A stretch of 64,000 bases of DNA, taken from NCBI GenBank assembly GCA_002633005.1, contig NMRA01000224.1:462781-526780 (forward strand), in the 5' to 3' direction. Of this stretch, positions 61,844 through 64,000 are shown one piece after another (within the stretch, counting starts at the first letter, position 1; each line of letters starts with the position of its first letter). This DNA comes from Phoronis australis (Eukaryota > Animalia > Phoronida). A program made the position numbers and the translations under genes. The notes under the pieces are model-generated. The model was not told where the DNA came from and ran no database searches. It worked only from the letters and a program-made list of their open reading frames with translations.

Positions 61844-62891
61844 TTTTTATGCGCCCACATATTTATATGTGGACGCATTATGCCGTCATCTCCGTCCGTC
61901 CGTCCGTCCGTCCGGGCGGGCGGCGTCCGGCGTCCGCTGCTCTATCTCCAAAACCCTTTGACATACGTTCATGAAATTTGGCACATATGTTCCATTCATG
62001 AATGGGACGGCATGTGCGAACTTTCGGACGGATCCGACTACCGGTGTGCCCCCTAGTGGCAATTTTAGTTTTTTACGCTTACCTTTGTATCTTCAAAAGT
62101 CCTGAACGGATTTTCATGAAATTTGGTATGTAGGCACCTAGTAGTGAGATGACGCTATCCTGCNNNNNNNNNNNNNNNNNNNNNNNNNNNNNNNNNNNNN
62201 NNNNNNNNNNNNNNNNNNNNNNNNNNNNNNNNNNNNNNNNNNNNNNNNNNNNNNNNNNNNNNNNNNNNNNNNNNNNNNNNNNNNNNNNNNNNNNNNNNNN
62301 NNNNNNNNNNNNNNNNNNNNNNNNNNNNNNNNNNNNNNNNNNNNNNNNNNNNNNNNNNNNNNNNNNNNNNNNNNNNNNNNNNNNNNNNNNNNNNNNNNNN
62401 NNNNNNNNNNNNNNNNNNNNNNNNNNNNNNNNNNNNNNNNNNNNNNNNNNNNNNNNNNNNNNNNNNNNNNNNNNNNNNNNNNNNNNNNNNNNNNNNNNNN
62501 NNNNNNNNNNNNNNNNNNNNNNNNNNNNNNNNNNNNNNNNTGTATACTTTGTGTTACTTCGTGACTGTGAAGGAAAAGTTCCAAGTAGAAATTTGTTTCT
62601 GGCATTCTAATGCTGTGCTAATCTCGTATGTTGGTAAATTTGTTTTCAATTCTATGTTTCTGTGGTGCTTTAAGCAACTGATGTATAAGATGTGCTTGTA
62701 TTATGAAGATCACTCACATTTTGCCCCTAGCCTATTGAGAAGACAATGACCATGCCTTTCCATTTTGCAAAGTACAACATACTACATATATGCCCTCTAC
62801 TGGCCACTTCATGGTACCAATAAACAACCCTAGAAGGATACCGTATACGGTGCAATTGTGGGCGCATTTCAACGCTCTGCGTTGCTCTTGT
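61844..62891 (+). mobile_element. HINE/DINE-1-like element, second copy (internal array falls in the gap 62164-62540)
   Basis: tttttatgcgcccacatatttatatgtggacgcat followed by (TCCG)n, and 3' gtgggcgcatttcaacgctctgcgttgctcttgt. It is the reverse complement of 47838-49194. Confidence 0.8.
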
Positions 62892-63942
62892 ATTGCTTGT
62901 CTCGGGCCGACGAGCCTTTTAAAATTGAGAGCAAAAAAGGAAACAAACTAACATGGTCCATTGTTCGTCCAAATTGGGCCATACTCTTGAGGCGGTGTGG
63001 GTCAAATCACTCATATCCACGTTTTTTAAAAAATGATCCCCGTTAGTGTAACTTAATTCATACACCATAACAACATTAGTCATACCAGATGCGCCCTCTG
63101 CATACACGACAACAACGTAACATCGAAAGAAGATAAGTGGAGTATCTTTTATCTTTAAAGTGGTCAACATTTAAGAAGTTCAAATTGCTTATTATTAAAT
63201 AATGCTATTGGAGTTGAAATAGACCAAAAATTAAATCGGTGATCCCTATTTCTATTCTTTAGAAAACACTACTGACGCTAAAATAAAATATTTAAAAATC
63301 CACTGGTTCAACCCTTAAAGGAGAAGTCAACAAGTTAAAATTTGAGGCAGTCAAAATCCACAAGAACACGGAAACTTCAGGAACGCTGACGTACATATAA
63401 GAGAACCGGTAAACTGGAAAACATAAATAAAATTAACATCGTGCAGCGAAATTAATAGGTTTTCAAGAAGACAGCAATCGTTAAATTTATATGAAATGCC
63501 ATCACAACAACCAGTGCAAATTTCCCATTTTGCCAGAGGAGCCTGACAGGGCACTCTAACTAAAAACTAATTCGGTTCCCACTCTTTGTTTTGCTGAGTT
63601 GTAGTAAGCAATGATTAGAAAAACATCAACGATGGATTAAACCTGTGTTAAACCCACAAGTCAAAGACACGTACATGTATTACTAACTGAAGTTAGGTGA
63701 AAAAACGTAGTAATTTTGGTCTGTAGCCAACTCAGTTCGAGACCTTCCCTCACTGACAATAAACTGCCGGCATAAATTTCAGTCAAGGTATGTTCTTGTT
63801 GAAAGGTTGCACAAAGGCAAGTGCGAGGGGGTAGCCAAGCTTTTGTTAGGTGAACCGTGTTTGTTAGAAGGTGAACTAAGGTTATCGTGAGACTCGTTCA
63901 TGAATGACGAGTGCACCAGTCATGTGGTTGCCACCTCTTATG

Positions 63943-63947
63943 TATTA

Positions 63948-64000
<53 letters not shown>
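63943..64000. repeat. (ATT)n microsatellite running to the window end
   Basis: Direct inspection. Confidence 0.97.

Overview
AT-rich, repeat-dense animal genomic DNA, probably from a marine invertebrate (inferred from the transposon complement), with three N gaps. It is not prokaryotic: there are no rRNA operons or CRISPR arrays. The only host gene I can reconstruct is a spliced minus-strand receptor tyrosine kinase. Thirteen in-phase GT-AG exons run from 58101 down to 18030, with a probable terminal exon at 8292-8363. The inferred architecture is LRR - LRRCT cap - EGF-like/Cys-rich - ephrin-receptor-like Cys repeat - TM - FGFR/RET-type kinase with intact catalytic motifs. The 5' part is not resolved, and LRR-like segments near 60.4-61.7 kb look degenerate. 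The introns are filled with transposons. A 9.3-kb decayed Academ (AcademX) element, itself interrupted by a CR1/L2-type LINE, is nested in a non-autonomous Academ whose intact sister copy (52121-55285) supplies the empty sites. Also present are several TTAA-targeting Kolobok elements (THAP, transposase and KolX remnants), a 632-bp Polinton/Maverick-type derivative, three Penelope-like elements with hammerhead-ribozyme-like motifs, RTE and RTEX fragments, two Helentron/DINE-1-like (HINE) elements carrying ~150-bp repeats with CTCF-like motifs, MITEs and microsatellites. All calls come from manual reading and translation; no database searches were run.
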